DNA of 64,000 bases from Candidatus Nealsonbacteria bacterium (GTDB lineage Bacteria > Patescibacteriota > Minisyncoccia > Minisyncoccales > MHMH01), in NCBI GenBank assembly GCA_016188865.1, contig JACPGX010000002.1:66398-130397 (forward strand), given 5' to 3'. Position numbers and translations under genes: made by a program. The notes below the pieces were generated by a model. The model did not search any database. It saw only the letters and a list, made by a program, of their open reading frames with translations, and was not told the origin of the DNA. Shown here piece by piece: positions 62,735 through 64,000 of this stretch. Numbering within the stretch: the stretch's first letter is position 1; the number at the start of each line of letters is the position of its first letter.

Positions 62735-63926
62735 ATCCAATTTTTGCAAATTTTCTCTTGCCAACCCGGACAACCTGCCCTTTTTTTATTTCTATTATAT
62801 CTCTCCAGTCTTTAATCTCTTCTTGCTCTATTTTTACTCCTCCCTGCTCGACCAAACGTTTCGCCTCCGACTTAGAGGGGGCAAGTTTCATTTTGGTTAA
62901 TAAATCAAGAATACCCAACGACTTTTCCGCCAGCTGGACTTTCGGAATTTTCGAGGGAACCATTCCTTCCTTAAAAATGCGATTAAATTCACCTTCTGCT
63001 GCTTTAACTGCTACCGCCCCGTGATAAAGAGAAACAATCTCCCTAGCCAATCTGGCCTTAACGTCGCGAGGATTTATTTTGTGTTGCTCCAAATTATTTT
63101 TTATTTCAATTATTTCAATTAAAGAGAGCCTAGTCGCCAGCTCAAAGTAATCACCCATGGGGCCATCGGGTATAGACATAATTTTTCCATATTGATCTTC
63201 CGGAGATTCTTCTATCCCAACATAATTACCTAAACTTTTGCTCATTTTTTGTTTACCGTCGAGGCCCACCAAAAGCTTCATCGTAACAACATCTTGAGGC
63301 TCTTGCTTGAAATGGGGCTGAATGTTCCTGCCCGCCAGCATATTAAAAAGCTGGTCAGATCCGCCTATCTCCACGTCGGCCTTAACGTTAACTGAATCAT
63401 AGGCCTGAAGAACAGGATAAAAAAACTCATGCAGCCAAATAGGTTTTTGCGATGCTCTTCTTTTCTGAAACATATCTCTCTCCAGCATTTGATCTACCGT
63501 AAAAAGATGGCTCAAGCGGAAGAGCTCCTCGAAGCTCATCCCCGATAAAAATTTGCTATTATAAACTATTTTTGTTTTTTTGAGGTCCAGAATCTTAGAC
63601 ACCTGCCTCTCGTATGTTTTCATGTTGGCCTTAACCTCTTTGATGGATAGGGGGCGTCTCGGCGCCAATTTGTCGGTGGGGTCGCCTATCCTTGCCGTAA
63701 AATCTCCGATAATTAAGATAATCTGGTGGCCCAATTCCTGAAAATCTCGTAATTTCCAAAGAATAGCCGATTGCCCCAGGTGAATGTCAGGAGCCGTTGG
63801 GTCAATGCCAAATTTAATCCTCAATTTTTCTTCAGAAAGAAGACGTTTTTGAAGATGATTTTTATCTATTACCTCCTCCACCCCTCTGCCTAAAAGCTCT
63901 TCAATTTTTTGATTCTTAGCCATCAT
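62733..63926 (-). CDS. tyrS: tyrosyl-tRNA synthetase
   Basis: KMSKSLGN motif, GDFTARIGDPT, and an S4-like C-terminus. The ATG at 63926 (MMAKNQ) sits just after a TATTTT box. The ORF-track TTG at 63956 is judged an extension. Confidence 0.9.
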   Translation of the reverse strand: MMAKNQKIEELLGRGVEEVIDKNHLQKRLLSEEKLRIKFGIDPTAPDIHLGQSAILWKLRDFQELGHQIILIIGDFTARIGDPTDKLAPRRPLSIKEVKANMKTYERQVSKILDLKKTKIVYNSKFLSGMSFEELFRLSHLFTVDQMLERDMFQKRRASQKPIWLHEFFYPVLQAYDSVNVKADVEIGGSDQLFNMLAGRNIQPHFKQEPQDVVTMKLLVGLDGKQKMSKSLGNYVGIEESPEDQYGKIMSIPDGPMGDYFELATRLSLIEIIEIKNNLEQHKINPRDVKARLAREIVSLYHGAVAVKAAEGEFNRIFKEGMVPSKIPKVQLAEKSLGILDLLTKMKLAPSKSEAKRLVEQGGVKIEQEEIKDWRDIIEIKKGQVVRVGKRKFAKIG

Positions 63927-64000
63927 TTTTAAAATATCACGATTTGAAAAAAACAAAAAGAGCTGATATATTAAATAAAATGCCCCAGCGCAAATTTTAT

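Noticed and set aside
62603-62815. 70-aa Lys/Arg-rich ORF (MKKMSRKKEKMKKPRSKKRKRARTRA...)
   Set aside because: It is the +1 frame of a GAA/GAG-rich stretch, and it reads straight through the bidirectional terminator into the tyrS 3' end. The acidic frame 62572-62703 fits the promoter and terminator better.
63980-64000. Possible gene start ATGCCCCAGCGCAAATTTTAT at the right edge
   Set aside because: Only 7 codons are visible, which is too short to support any call.

Overview
Bacterial chromosomal window with about 66 credible CDS. I found no rRNA, tRNA or CRISPR array by eye. All coordinates and motif counts are hand-derived from the sequence and ORF track, and no database search was possible.

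Layout:
- 1-17.9 kb: dense minus-strand central-metabolism block. It holds a KorA fragment, SucCD, a 3-subunit succinate dehydrogenase/fumarate reductase, a two-subunit class I fumarase, malic enzyme, glutamate dehydrogenase, and a proline dehydrogenase / methylmalonyl-CoA mutase / carboxyltransferase / epimerase operon. A hairpin-flanked HUH (IS200/RAYT-type) transposase interrupts it at 12.55-13.33 kb.
- 18-21 kb: NitT/TauT-type ABC transporter.
- 21.3-35.3 kb: accessory island, and the best candidate for an undescribed system. Two mosaic 380-aa paralogs with near-identical promoters bracket a radical-SAM-like gene and a 600-aa AAA+ ATPase. Next come a TelA-like / XpaC-like / PBP-OmpA fusion operon, an intact rve-type IS with a 5-bp target duplication, and a second PBP-OmpA fusion plus vWA lipoprotein operon.
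- 35.5-38.3 kb: ALDH (P5C-dehydrogenase-like) and a MurE-like ligase.
- 38.4-43.9 kb: lipoproteins, a transglutaminase-like protein, a 946-aa multi-TM FtsH-like protein with a disrupted zinc motif, and a small DUF4157-like HExxH protein.
- 44-49.3 kb: MoxR/DUF58/vWA/TPR Bat-type operon.
- 49.4-64 kb: housekeeping and DNA-repair genes (ruvA, uvrB, rpsT, holA, mutM, 5'-3' exonuclease, tsaE, pilB-like, ruvB, a Phd/RelE pair, comEA-like, yebC, ruvC, tyrS). Their translation-initiation signals differ sharply from those of the first 49 kb.

Other non-coding signals: a recurrent leader motif (AGTACTTTGAAAA-like) between the -10 box and the SD of many operons, a terminator with a triplicated arm, a long palindromic element between pilB and ruvB, and 19-bp repeats flanking a PaaX-like regulator.
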